64,000 bases of DNA from Ilumatobacteraceae bacterium. GTDB lineage: Bacteria; Actinomycetota; Acidimicrobiia; Acidimicrobiales; Ilumatobacteraceae. Positions 34,534 through 44,583 of the stretch are shown here, one piece after another. The DNA lies in the NCBI GenBank assembly GCA_031373785.1, contig JANMNE010000183.1, positions 15,729-79,728 of the forward strand, written 5' to 3'. Made by a program: the position numbers and the translations under genes. The notes below the pieces were generated by a model, which had not been told where the DNA came from, did no database searches, and was given only the letters and a program-made list of their open reading frames with translations. Within the stretch, counting starts at the first letter, position 1, and every line of letters starts with the position of its first letter.

Positions 34534-37500
34534 TCAGCACGCAATGCCCTCGTGATCACCGCGCTTGCGCCGTCGGGCGGTCACCAAGGCAACCGCGCCG
34601 CCGGCTGCCAGCAAAGCGGCCAACCGCAACATCTCGCCGACGTCGATGCCCGTGCGGGGCAGTTCGGCCGTCGGGGGGATCACCGGGATCGTCGGTGCCT
34701 CGGATGCGACCGCGATGGGGTTGACGATCGCAGTGTCGCGGTTGTTGCCGAGGTTCGTCTCCGGCGTGGATGTGCCGACGGTCGCAGTGTTCAACAGGCT
34801 GACCCCGCCGACGGCAGACGCCGGCACGAGCGCTGTGACGGTGATGGTGCCGACCTCACCGACGAGGAGCACCGGCCTCGAACAGCTGATGCCGTTGTTG
34901 GCCGATGTGCAGGTGAAGTCAGACGACGACACCGATTGCAGCACGAGGGGTGCTGGAATCGGATCGGTGACCGTCACGTCTCGGGCAGTGTTCGGACCGA
35001 GGTTCGACACGGTCAGCGTGTAGACGACGATGGAGCCGAGAAGCGGCGAGGGCGTCGTGGTGGTCTTATCGATCTGCACGTCGGTGAGGACCCTGGCCGG
35101 GGTGTCTTCGCAGGCCACGTTGTTCGAGGGGTTGGTTCCAGTGACCACTTCGACGCGGACGGTGGAGGCACACGGCGGGACGCAGCCCTGGGTAGCGCAG
35201 GCCGGGTCGTCGACGGTGGTCACGAACGCCTTGTTGGTGAACGTGGTGGGTGCGGTGATGTCGTCGATCTCGGCCTGGAGCGAGATGGTCACCGATTCGC
35301 CGACCTGGAGATCTGCGGGGTCCACGGTGCAGGTCACGACATGGCCGGCGACGGTGCAGTTGGCCGGCATCGGCAGGACCCACGACACGCCGGCCGGCAG
35401 CACGTCGGTGACGACGACCGGCTCGCCGAGGTCGGCATCTCGAGTTCCGAGGTTGCTGACAGTCAGGGTGTAGGTGAAGGTCTCACCGGCCAGCGGTTCT
35501 GCTCCTGCGTCGCTCTTGGTGATCTGCAAGTCGACCGGCAGGTCGTCGTTGACCAACGTGCAGGTGATCTGATCGCCCTCATTCGGGACCACCGGGGTTG
35601 GCACGGACGTGCCCGCTGCATCGGAGCAGTCCAAGGATGTCAGCGCATAGCCGCCTTGTTGGGTTTCGGAGACGTCGTAGCTCTGATTGGCGTCGACCGT
35701 CGCAGCAACCCCACTCGTGACCTCGGTGTCACCGACGAAGAGCGGGAAGTCACTGACGACGGCGTCTCCACCGTCGTCGTTGACGATGTTCTTGACGACC
35801 GTGATGGTCGGCGCTTGATCGTCGTTGGTGATGGTGCATCGCACGGACTCGCCGGGCGACAGCGTGACCGTGGCGCCGCCGGTGGACACGCTGAGGGCGT
35901 TGTTCGACCCGATCTGATCGCTGACGCAAACGGTGCCGATGGCGACGTAGCCGGGGATCTGCACCTCGCGGATCACCAATGGGGTGGCCGCGGGATACTG
36001 GTTGAGCTCGTCGGAGATGACCTGCGTGTCGTTGACCTGCAGCACGAAGTCGCTGACCACGGCGTCACCGCCGTTGTCGGTGACGACGTTCTTGACCACG
36101 GTGAGTCCGGGTCGGACGTCGTCGTTGGTGATCGTGCAGATGATGTCTTCGGCAAGGCCGGGCGTCACCGTGATCGCATCGGTGCCGGCCGCGGTGACGG
36201 CGAGACCGAGATCACTCGTGCACGTCACTCCGGTCGGCAGATATCCCTGGACCGGCAGCTCGCCGATGTTCAGCGCGACCCCGGCGACCTGCACGAGGGC
36301 GATGTTCTGGGCAGCGGTGGTCCCGCCGATCTGCAACGAGAAGTCTGCAGGCTTCAGGGCTCCACCGTCGTCGTTGACGACCGTCTTGATCAGGGTCAGC
36401 GAGGGGGCGATGTCGTCGTTGACGATAGTGCAGACGACGTTGCTGCCGGCAGCAACGTTGACAGTTGCGCCACAGTCGAATCCGACCGTGGAGTAACCCG
36501 GCACAGCGGACTCGCTGAGTGCATAAAGCCCGGCCGGGATCGCCGAGGCCACCGGGGTGGTTCCGCTGACGGTGGCCGGACCTGTTGCCGTGAGGGTCAC
36601 GTCACCGGGCTGCAGCATGCCACCGTCGTTGTTGACGACCGACTTGATGAGGGTGATCGTCGAGAACGGTGCACACACGGACGCATTCGGCACCGTGTGG
36701 TTCGTGGTGACGGAGGCCGTGTTGCCGAACCCGCCGCCGTTGGCGCAGTCACCATTGGTCTGCGGGCTCACTGCAATGGTTGCGGTGACCGTGATGGTGT
36801 AGACGTGGGTGTCACCGGCATTGAGCTGCGTACCCGACGTCGTGACCCCGGCATTGGTTGCCGAGAATGTCAAGCCGGTCGGGCTCGTGGAGACTGCCAC
36901 GTTGGTCACGGTGACTCCTGCGCCGAACCCGAAGGTGTCGTTCAGTGAGTACTGGGCGGGACCATCACCGGCGTTGGCGACGGTGACCTTGTACTCGATC
37001 GTCCAGACGCCGGCAGCGTCGCGCGTCGGACCGGCCGAGATGGTCTTGCCGAGGCTGACGAGGGGGTTGGGAATAGCGCCGCAGTCAGACGACGTGTTCT
37101 CGCCGAGAGCAGACGACACCGATGCGGTGTTCAACGTGCCCGTGCCGGATTCGCCGATACTGAGCACACAGTCGCGTGCCGAAACCGTCATGGACCCGGC
37201 GACCGCAAAGGTCACGACGACGTGGTAGGTGTGCCCGTTGGGATCAACGGTCGCCGGGTTGATCAGCGCCTGGTTCTGGATCTGGGGATGGGTGACTCCA
37301 TCCCAGCCGCCGACGTTCGGTGCCGGGCCGTCGACCGTGGTCAGGGTTGCCGACACGATCGTGGTTCCGGTGCCGAAGGCGATGGTGTCGGAAAGGTCGT
37401 AGAGCTCGTTGATCGTCGATTCCGACGTGACGGCGAGGTCGTAACCGACCGTGTAGACGTTGCCGCTGACGATCGTGGGACCGTCGGTCAGCGTCTTGAG

Positions 37501-40500
37501 TACCTTCACCGGCCCGCGTCGGCTGTTGGTGTAGGTGCAGGAGATGTTCTCGCCGGCAGCGAGGCCGATCGTCGCAGTTGACCCGACGATGTCGACGCTC
37601 GAACCCCGTTGTCCGACGCAGTCGAGCCCGGTCAGCTGCCAGCCGGCGACTGCGGGTTCGTCGATGACGTAGGTGCCGGGAACGACGAGGCCAGAGGTGA
37701 ACGGAGTGTCAGCCCCGGTGAGCGCGAACGGCTGGCCGTTGAAGGTAAAGCCGAACTGGGTCGTGTCGGCTCCGGGAACAACCACCTTGTCGATCGTGAT
37801 GGTGCCGCGCTTGGTGTTGGTGTAGGTGCATGTGACCGTTTCGCCGGGACCGACAGCGATCGATGCTGTGGCCGTGCCGAGATCGACCGTCGAGTCGATG
37901 TCGCTGCACGTCAGGCTGGTGAGATCCCATCCGGCGAGGCTTGTCTCGGTCGCGCTGTACGCGCCGGGTACAACGTTGGGAAGCGTGTACGAATCGGTGG
38001 GGCTCGTCGCGGTGTTGATCGATCCGCCCGCCGTGCCCGTGAAGGTGAAGATCCCGTCGCCGCCGACTGCTGTCTTGGCGATGACGATGTTGCCCTTCTT
38101 GGTGTTGGTGATCCGGCAGGTCACGGCTTCGCCAGGTGTCGGCGTGAACGTCGACGGGGAGACCGAGCCGGTCGAGCCGTCTGCCGCGACGAACGTGCAG
38201 TTCATCAAACCCTGGATCCAGGTGGCACCCGGATCGCTCTCGGCGACGCCGTACTCGGCTCCGGGCACGAGATCGACCAGAGCCGAACCCTGCACGCCCT
38301 GTGTCGCCAGCGAGATGCTGATGGGGGAGGCCAGTCCGCTGACCGGGAAGGTGAAGTCGCCGCCGGCGCCGACCGCGGTCTTGATGACCTGCAGGGTCGC
38401 CGGCTGCGCCGCGTTGGTGATGCCGCATGCGATCTGATCACCGGGCTGGACGGAGAGCGGTGGTGCGCCGATGGGTGTCGATGTGTTGGATCCAGCATGG
38501 ATCACCGAGCACGAGAAGCTGCCGGCTATCCACCCCGGAGCCAATGTCTCGTTGAGCGAGTATGACGTGCCCGGGACGAGCCCACTGAACTGAGCCAGAG
38601 GATCAGCCTTGGAGACAACATCGCTGGCCGGGGTCGCGCCCGGCGTGAGCGTGATCGTGAAGGGACCCCAGTCCGCAGCGGGATCGAGGCCGGTCACCGA
38701 TTTGGTGACGTTCAGCGTGGCCGGCTGAGCCGCGTTGCCGGCCGCGCACCCGATGGCTTCGCCGGGCTGAGCGATGAACGTGAACGGCAACGTGGTGCTG
38801 CTGCTGATGGATCCATCTGCAGCAGTCAAGGTGCAGGAGATCGACGAACTCCAGCCCGGTGCAGCCTGCTCGCCCAGGGTGTAGCTCTGCCCGGGAACCA
38901 GGCCGGTCCAGGTTTGGGCAACCGAGGTGGTGTTGCCGGTTCCCGCAAATGTCTTGGTGCCCGAGGGCGTGCCTGGGGGTGTCAGTGTGAAGTCGAAGCT
39001 CCACGGATACGTGGAGTCGACACCGGAAACGGACTTGGTGAGCGACAGGGCCGCGGGCGCTGCAATGTTCGTGAACGTGCATGTCACGGTTTCGCCGGGA
39101 CCAACGGAGATGGTGGCCTGACGGGCGATGAGATCGGTGGTCGATGCAGTGTTGCTGCAGCTGATCGAATCGAGGGCCCAGCCGGGCGTGGTGCCCTCGA
39201 CGACCGGGTAGGTGGTGCCGTTCACCTCGGTTGCGGTGATGTTGCTGAACGCCTGCGAGCCACTCCCGTTGATGCTGAAGTTCGACAGTGGCGCCGATGC
39301 GGTGAAGCCGAACGCGGCCGCGAGGTTCGGCTGAGCGGCTTTGACGATGACGATCGTGCCCTTCTTCGAGTTGCTGAAGGTGCACACCACTGTCTCGCCG
39401 GGGTCGACGTTGACGGTGCCCGATGTCAGAAGTTGCGGGCTGGAGGGCGACGACGCCTTGGTGCTGTTTGCGCCGTCGACGCACTGCAGCGACTTCAGGT
39501 CGAACGCTGTGCCGGGGTCTGTCTCGCTGACCGTGTAGCTCCCGGGCGTGATGTTGCTGAACTGCTGTTGGCCGATATTGCCCGGAGCGACGGTGGTGAT
39601 GGCGAACGGTGTCGTCGCGCCGGTGCCAGACGACCACGTCTGGTTGAAGGTGAACGTGCCCGCGGCGACTCCAGAGTTCTTGACGATCACGATGTTGCCG
39701 CGTTGGGTGTTGGCGAACGTGCATGTCACGGTCTCGTCGGCGCTGACAGCGATCGCCGTGATCGGTGAGCCATCGCTGCACGAGGCCGATGTGAGGTCCC
39801 AGCCCGCCGGGATGGCGGTCTCTGCGACCGAGTAGGTGCCGGGATTGATGAAGCCACTGTCGCCGGACTGGCCGTCCGTCAACGTGAGGTCCGTACCCGC
39901 GCCACTCCACGATCCGTCGAAGGTGAACTGCTGCGGCGAGCCGTCGGGCAACGTCTGCTTGGTGACGATGATCTTGCCGAGCTTGGTGTTGTTGAACGCG
40001 CACGTGACGGTTTGGCCGGCATTGATGACCACGTTTGGCAGGGAGCGTCCCTGATCACAACTCGACGACGTCAGTGCCCAGCCGGCAGGGACCGTCTCGC
40101 CGACGGGATACGTTCCGGGGGAGACGTCGAGGCCGACGGTTCCGGTGTTCGCACTGGTTGCCACCGAGCTGATCGGTCCGGAGAACGAGAACGTCCCATC
40201 GGGCCCGACGGTGTTCTTGACGAGCACCAGGCGGCCTTGCTGATTGTTGGTGAAGGTGCACGAGACGGTGTCGCCGGCCTTCAGCGTGATCGTCGCCGTG
40301 GGGTTGGCGACCGATGTCGTCGACTGGTTGGCGCCGCCGGCATCGTCGGTGCAGCTGATGCTGTTCAACAGCCACGCAGGGCTCGTTGCCGGCAGCAGTT
40401 CGCTGACGGTGTACCTGCCCGGAGCGATGTCGCCGCTGTTGGTAGTGGCGCCCAGGGCGAGTGAGAAGTCCTCGGGAGCGGTCGTGTTGCCGTCCCAGCT

Positions 40501-42210
40501 CTGTTCGAATGGAAAGGTCTGTGCAGCGCTGCCGGTTCCCGTCTTGTTGACGATGATGCGCGCCTTCTGGTCGTTGGTGTATGTGCACGTCACGACCTGA
40601 CCGGCCACGGTCTGCAGGGCGACCTGAGTGCCCGTGACCGTACCGACGAGGGTGCCATCGGCAAGCTTGCACTCCACCTTGGTGAGCTGCCATGCGGGCG
40701 TGGTGCTCGGCAGCGTCTCGTTGATCGAGACGCTGGTGCCCGGGGCGAATGCGAAGTCGGCGGAGGAGCCCAGTTTCAGGGCGGGCACCGTCTGGCCCGT
40801 CATCGAGAAGTTGAACGTCTGGTTGGCGTCGCCAGAGCCGGCCTTGACCAGTCGGATGCCGGAGGTGGCGTTGGTGATGGTGCAGTTTGTGTTCGGTTGG
40901 CCCGCCGGCTTCAGCTGCGGTGACGGGATGCCGATTCCGGCGAGCGACGCGGTGGTCGTCGTCGCGGTTCGCAGCTGTGGTGTGACGAGCCCCCCGGAGA
41001 CGAAGAAGGGATCCCAGAAGGTGCAGGTGATCTGCTTCACCTGCCAGTTGGCGGGCACGGTGACTTCCTGCAGCTGATAGTCGGGCTGAGCGAGCACGTT
41101 CGACCACAGGTGGGTCTGGGCCGTCTGGATCAGCGACGAGATCGACAGGTTGGACGCGTCGGTGTCGGAGCCTCCCCCGCTGACCGCGAGGGTGCTGTCG
41201 TGGACCGGCTGGGCATCGGTCTGACTGAGCTTGTAGGCGAAGTTCTGGCCGGCGCCGAAACCGGCCGGCTCGGTGACCTTGGCGACCGAGATCGTGCCGC
41301 AGTTGTTGAGCACGATCGGATTCGAGAAATTCAGGATGTCCTTCAACGAAGCCTGGGTGCTGTTGCCGGTGTAGGTGAGCGTCGACCCCGTGGTGAACGT
41401 GACGCAGCGATTCTCCGGCATCACGCCCGCAGCCGTGAGGTCGATGGCGAACTCGCCGAAGGTCGACGGGTTGGCCGTGGCCGGATTGAGCTCGGGGTTG
41501 GCGCCGCTCGCGGTCTGGACGAAGCCGGCCGAGAGGACGGTCGCGCCACCCCACGATCCTGAGCCGAGGGTGTTCGCACACGCGTCGGCGACGGTCGGCG
41601 TCCAGCGGTACAGGGTCGTGACCAATCCGCTCGACGGGCCGAAGTTGTAGTCGATCAGTAGGTCGTCGCAGCGACCGGGGAGCGGACCATTGAGCGACGT
41701 CACGACGGACTGGTCGCCGGTAGCGCTCGGGCTACGCGTGTAGTACTGGTAGAGGAGGTAGTGAACAGCACCGTTCACGTTGACCGCTTCGGCTGCGGCT
41801 CCGCCCGAACAGATGTCGTTCTTCGAGTTGGGCAGGCCGGCCTGGACAGGCCACGGGTTGTCATCGAGCTTCGAGCCGTCCACCACCGAGTCGGCATCTT
41901 GCACGCCGCACGACTGGGTGATCGACGGACCGTCGATCTGGTAGGTCTGCGCCACAACACCGGCAGATACCACGCCTGGGGTGACGACATAGCCGCCGGG
42001 CAACGTTCCATCTTGGATGTCGTTCCAGTCGAACCCGGCAGCGTTGGCCTTGTTGCCGTCGATCTCCATCCGGGTCGTCAACGTGCCGAGCGTAACCGCC
42101 TGGGCAATGTTGGGTGTGACCAGCCCGATTGCCGACAGTGCCATTGCAACTGCCGTCACCACAATCAGCCATGTCCGACCATCGCTCCGCCGTGCGCCGC
42201 TCGTATTCAC
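34534..42210 (-). CDS. giant LPXTG-anchored surface protein (2558 aa) with SpaA/prealbumin-fold-like and DUF11-like repeats
   Basis: AGGAG lies 5 nt before GTG 42210. Signal peptide is ...RTWLIVVTAVAMALSAIGLVTPNIAQA. A unique N-terminal region of about 430 aa follows. There are about 17 module junctions of the type V.C.(F/Y/I).N....(I/V).(I/V).K, including four NDD...VVNDDGG types. Two DUF11-like modules are present (TYTLTVSNLG). The C-terminus is ELPRTG + hydrophobic helix + RRRKR. Confidence 0.9.
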   Translation of the reverse strand: MNTSGARRSDGRTWLIVVTAVAMALSAIGLVTPNIAQAVTLGTLTTRMEIDGNKANAAGFDWNDIQDGTLPGGYVVTPGVVSAGVVAQTYQIDGPSITQSCGVQDADSVVDGSKLDDNPWPVQAGLPNSKNDICSGGAAAEAVNVNGAVHYLLYQYYTRSPSATGDQSVVTSLNGPLPGRCDDLLIDYNFGPSSGLVTTLYRWTPTVADACANTLGSGSWGGATVLSAGFVQTASGANPELNPATANPSTFGEFAIDLTAAGVMPENRCVTFTTGSTLTYTGNSTQASLKDILNFSNPIVLNNCGTISVAKVTEPAGFGAGQNFAYKLSQTDAQPVHDSTLAVSGGGSDTDASNLSISSLIQTAQTHLWSNVLAQPDYQLQEVTVPANWQVKQITCTFWDPFFVSGGLVTPQLRTATTTTASLAGIGIPSPQLKPAGQPNTNCTITNATSGIRLVKAGSGDANQTFNFSMTGQTVPALKLGSSADFAFAPGTSVSINETLPSTTPAWQLTKVECKLADGTLVGTVTGTQVALQTVAGQVVTCTYTNDQKARIIVNKTGTGSAAQTFPFEQSWDGNTTAPEDFSLALGATTNSGDIAPGRYTVSELLPATSPAWLLNSISCTDDAGGANQSTTSVANPTATITLKAGDTVSCTFTNNQQGRLVLVKNTVGPDGTFSFSGPISSVATSANTGTVGLDVSPGTYPVGETVPAGWALTSSSCDQGRSLPNVVINAGQTVTCAFNNTKLGKIIVTKQTLPDGSPQQFTFDGSWSGAGTDLTLTDGQSGDSGFINPGTYSVAETAIPAGWDLTSASCSDGSPITAIAVSADETVTCTFANTQRGNIVIVKNSGVAAGTFTFNQTWSSGTGATTPFAITTVAPGNIGQQQFSNITPGSYTVSETDPGTAFDLKSLQCVDGANSTKASSPSSPQLLTSGTVNVDPGETVVCTFSNSKKGTIVIVKAAQPNLAAAFGFTASAPLSNFSINGSGSQAFSNITATEVNGTTYPVVEGTTPGWALDSISCSNTASTTDLIARQATISVGPGETVTCTFTNIAAPAALSLTKSVSGVDSTYPWSFDFTLTPPGTPSGTKTFAGTGNTTSVAQTWTGLVPGQSYTLGEQAAPGWSSSISCTLTAADGSISSSTTLPFTFIAQPGEAIGCAAGNAAQPATLNVTKSVTGLDPAADWGPFTITLTPGATPASDVVSKADPLAQFSGLVPGTSYSLNETLAPGWIAGSFSCSVIHAGSNTSTPIGAPPLSVQPGDQIACGITNAAQPATLQVIKTAVGAGGDFTFPVSGLASPISISLATQGVQGSALVDLVPGAEYGVAESDPGATWIQGLMNCTFVAADGSTGSVSPSTFTPTPGEAVTCRITNTKKGNIVIAKTAVGGDGIFTFTGTAGGSINTATSPTDSYTLPNVVPGAYSATETSLAGWDLTSLTCSDIDSTVDLGTATASIAVGPGETVTCTYTNTKRGTITIDKVVVPGADTTQFGFTFNGQPFALTGADTPFTSGLVVPGTYVIDEPAVAGWQLTGLDCVGQRGSSVDIVGSTATIGLAAGENISCTYTNSRRGPVKVLKTLTDGPTIVSGNVYTVGYDLAVTSESTINELYDLSDTIAFGTGTTIVSATLTTVDGPAPNVGGWDGVTHPQIQNQALINPATVDPNGHTYHVVVTFAVAGSMTVSARDCVLSIGESGTGTLNTASVSSALGENTSSDCGAIPNPLVSLGKTISAGPTRDAAGVWTIEYKVTVANAGDGPAQYSLNDTFGFGAGVTVTNVAVSTSPTGLTFSATNAGVTTSGTQLNAGDTHVYTITVTATIAVSPQTNGDCANGGGFGNTASVTTNHTVPNASVCAPFSTITLIKSVVNNDGGMLQPGDVTLTATGPATVSGTTPVASAIPAGLYALSESAVPGYSTVGFDCGATVNVAAGSNVVCTIVNDDIAPSLTLIKTVVNDDGGALKPADFSLQIGGTTAAQNIALVQVAGVALNIGELPVQGYLPTGVTCTSDLGLAVTAAGTDAITVTPGLAEDIICTITNDDVRPGLTVVKNVVTDNGGDAVVSDFVLQVNDTQVISDELNQYPAATPLVIREVQIPGYVAIGTVCVSDQIGSNNALSVSTGGATVTLSPGESVRCTITNDDQAPTITVVKNIVNDDGGDAVVSDFPLFVGDTEVTSGVAATVDANQSYDVSETQQGGYALTSLDCSDAAGTSVPTPVVPNEGDQITCTLVNDDLPVDLQITKSDAGAEPLAGETFTYTLTVSNLGTRDADLGEPVVVTDVLPAGVSWVLPMPANCTVAGHVVTCTVDPADLQVGESVTISLQAEIDDITAPTTFTNKAFVTTVDDPACATQGCVPPCASTVRVEVVTGTNPSNNVACEDTPARVLTDVQIDKTTTTPSPLLGSIVVYTLTVSNLGPNTARDVTVTDPIPAPLVLQSVSSSDFTCTSANNGISCSRPVLLVGEVGTITVTALVPASAVGGVSLLNTATVGTSTPETNLGNNRDTAIVNPIAVASEAPTIPVIPPTAELPRTGIDVGEMLRLAALLAAGGAVALVTARRRKRGDHEGIAC

Positions 42211-42372
42211 GTGTACTCCTGTGCCGTAAAGTGGTTCCGCCGAGGAACTCACCACAACCTAGACCGTCACTCCTTGTAGTCAAATGGGTCATTCGATTCA
42301 TTCCCCGCCAGTAGGGCCTGTTCAGGGTCATTGCGGAGTGGCATCATGCCCACGTTCGGTGAACTCTCAAGT

Positions 42373-42389
42373 CTCAAGTTAGACTTGAG
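42373..42389 (-). terminator. small hairpin after the PPOX-like/SRPBCC operon
   Basis: CTCAAGT-tag-ACTTGAG, with a tandem second CTCAAGT at 42366-42372. It lies about 35 nt past the stop at 42423. The stem is AT-rich and weak. Confidence 0.3.
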
Positions 42390-42422
42390 GCACCAAGACC
42401 TTGCGCTGTTCTTGACGATGGT

Positions 42423-43262
42423 TCAGGCAGCGGCGACTGTTGATCGGAAGCCGTTCCAGGTCGTCGTGGAGTCGACGTCGACCACGATCGATGCGTTCCC
42501 GGCACGGATGCGGGAGAGCGACGCATCGCCACGGGCGACGATCCCGGATTTGTCGGAGGGCCGCGGCGAGTCGCTGTCGTCGATCGTGACGCACGCTCGA
42601 CCGGGTAGCCGCGCCTTGACGGCGGCGAGAACGGTTGCCTGCACGCCAACGGTCGAACTGCTGGCTGTCCACCCACCTGGCAGGACGATCGGTCCGGCGT
42701 CTGTGTCGAGCCCGAGCCAACAGTTGCCGTCGTTGTCGAGCAGCGATGCATCACGTTGGCGTTGAGCTGTTGATCGCCGCTTGGTCGAGTGAGCCTTTCG
42801 TTGCACTGCGTGCTCGTGTCGAAATCGGTCCGTCTTGTGTGTGATGGCGCCATCGTCGGTCCACACGACTTCGTTCTCGTGACGCAACGCGATCAGTACC
42901 CGGTGACGCAGCCTCCACGTCCTCGGGGTCGAGGCTGCATCGACGACGTAGCCAAGGAGCTGCTCGGGATAGCGGACGGCAATCAACGCAAGGGCGCTCC
43001 CCGCGAGTGCATACACAGGGAGTTCGCGTACTCCTTCTGGCGGACGACTGACGTCGATGACAACGGCGCGCCCAGCGCGCAGCCGCCACGAGTCGTCGTT
43101 GCGCGACAGCACCGATGCACTGGGATCGCGGCGCAGAGCAGCGACCTTTGCAGCGCGCCGCGATGTGGTGGTCCAGTAGTAGCCGCCAAAGTTGACCCCT
43201 GCCTGCAACGTGACTACGGGACTCGATTTCCCGCGCACCACGAACGCCTGGAAACCGCTCAT
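42423..43262 (-). CDS. hypothetical protein, possibly a tandem pyridoxamine-5'-phosphate-oxidase-like (split-barrel) fold (279 aa)
   Basis: ATG 43262 overlaps the upstream stop (ATGA). ...YYWTTTSRRAAKVAALRRDPSASVL... resembles PPOX-family N-terminal strands. The assignment is weak. The 120-aa extension in the ORF track overlaps the SRPBCC gene and is rejected. Confidence 0.4.
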   Translation of the reverse strand: MSGFQAFVVRGKSSPVVTLQAGVNFGGYYWTTTSRRAAKVAALRRDPSASVLSRNDDSWRLRAGRAVVIDVSRPPEGVRELPVYALAGSALALIAVRYPEQLLGYVVDAASTPRTWRLRHRVLIALRHENEVVWTDDGAITHKTDRFRHEHAVQRKAHSTKRRSTAQRQRDASLLDNDGNCWLGLDTDAGPIVLPGGWTASSSTVGVQATVLAAVKARLPGRACVTIDDSDSPRPSDKSGIVARGDASLSRIRAGNASIVVDVDSTTTWNGFRSTVAAA

Positions 43263-43762
43263 CACGCGCGCAACTGCTTGATGGCGATCGTTGCCGGGTC
43301 CAGGCCGAGTCGGTGGTAGAGGTTGACGGCGAATCGCTTGCCGGTTCGCTGCATCGATGCCTTCATCACTCGCTCGACGGCGCCGGCAGACAGTCGCGGC
43401 AGTGGAAGCTCGACCGTGAGCGCAATGTCGACCTTCAACTCGGTCTCGTCGCCACGTTGGGTCAGTTCGTAGATGCCGTCGGCTCCAGCGCGTTCGCGCT
43501 CGCCATGAGCCGTCTCGTGATTGAAGCGGATCAGCCGCGGCTCGATGAACTCCATCCGCTCGGTGAAGGTCGGGGCGACGCTGACACCGAGTGCCTCGAT
43601 GCCCGTCAACTGCCATCGCCACAGATCACCTTCGACGACAATGGAGCGCACCAGGGGAGTGAGGGCGGTCAGCGAAGCGGGGTCGGAGATCTGCTTCCAG
43701 ATCAGATCTGCGGTGACCGGAACGGTGGACGCGGAGATGTTCCGGGCGGTGAAAGATGCCAT
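43262..43762 (-). CDS. SRPBCC (START/polyketide-cyclase-like) family protein
   Basis: MASFTARNISASTVPVTADLIWKQISDPASLTALTPLV... shows the typical SRPBCC length and beta-alpha pattern. The C-terminal helix is AVERVMKASMQRTGKRFAVNL. Confidence 0.6.
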   Translation of the reverse strand: MASFTARNISASTVPVTADLIWKQISDPASLTALTPLVRSIVVEGDLWRWQLTGIEALGVSVAPTFTERMEFIEPRLIRFNHETAHGERERAGADGIYELTQRGDETELKVDIALTVELPLPRLSAGAVERVMKASMQRTGKRFAVNLYHRLGLDPATIAIKQLRA

Positions 43763-43803
43763 GGCTCTGGACGTACCCCAATATCTCATGCGTCACCCAT
43801 CGG

Positions 43804-44451
43804 TCAACGAATCACGAGCGGGAGGGCGACGAACATCAACACCGACCATGTCACGTGCGTGAGAACTGGCGCGAGCACCCCGTCGGTTGCTCTGCGCTGG
43901 AGACCGACCACGGCACCCAGCAAGACGGCCGCGAAACCGAGCATGAGATTGCCGGTCGCCATCGTCATGGCTGCGTAGATCAGCACGGCCGCCGGCAACC
44001 GAGTTCGCTCCGGCAGCGCGGGCTGGACGGCGCCGCGGAAGAAGACTTCCTCGGCGATTCCGTTGGCGACGGTGAGGAGCAGAACGATTGGCCACGAACC
44101 CTCGCTGGCATAGTCGAGCACTCGTTCGACCCGGTCGCTCAGGGCAGCGATGTGTCTCACCACGAGGGCTCCGACGACGAACACCGCGGCCAGCGCGGCG
44201 CCGGCGATGATCGCGCTGAGGACCGGCCGACGACGTTGGTCGTCGTGCGTCTCCCAACCAAGGGGCACGGGACCGGAGAGCATTCCGCCGACAAGCCACA
44301 CGACGCCGAGCGCGAGCGTGCTGGCGTAGAACGCTCCGCTACCAGGTTCGGTGCGCAATGCCCAGGCGAGCCCGGCGACACCGATCGCGCCGAATGCGAT
44401 GACCACGAATCGCCGGCGAAATGTGGGCTCATCGACGACCGGTGTGCCCAT
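43804..44451 (-). CDS. CPBP-family intramembrane glutamic endopeptidase (CAAX protease/Abi-like)
   Basis: ANGIAEEVFFRGAV (EExxxR motif) and LAPVLTHVTWSVLMF (His motif) in a protein with 6-7 TM segments. Confidence 0.8.
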   Translation of the reverse strand: MGTPVVDEPTFRRRFVVIAFGAIGVAGLAWALRTEPGSGAFYASTLALGVVWLVGGMLSGPVPLGWETHDDQRRRPVLSAIIAGAALAAVFVVGALVVRHIAALSDRVERVLDYASEGSWPIVLLLTVANGIAEEVFFRGAVQPALPERTRLPAAVLIYAAMTMATGNLMLGFAAVLLGAVVGLQRRATDGVLAPVLTHVTWSVLMFVALPLVIR

Positions 44452-44583
44452 CGAGCCAGGCTACCGACGGTCGCTCGACGAGCCGAATGGCCGCCGGCGC
44501 CGTATGGGTCGCTAGCCCTACTCGCCTCACGTTCCGGCTTGAGCAGCCCGATACTTTCGGCGTGGGCAGGTCGCTGCGGCTGA

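Noticed and set aside
34213-36948. A 911-aa plus-strand ORF, together with 37609-38565, 38914-39768, 40055-41581 and others, overlapping the giant LPXTG gene.
   Set aside because: These are antisense or alternate-frame ORFs inside a well-supported 7.7-kb gene. Their products are Arg/Gly/Asp/Val low-complexity with no motifs. Long stop-free antisense frames are expected in high-GC DNA.
43263-43622. The 120-aa N-terminal extension of ORF 42423-43622.
   Set aside because: It overlaps the SRPBCC gene in another frame and is Arg-rich. ATG 43262 forms an ATGA coupling with the SRPBCC stop.
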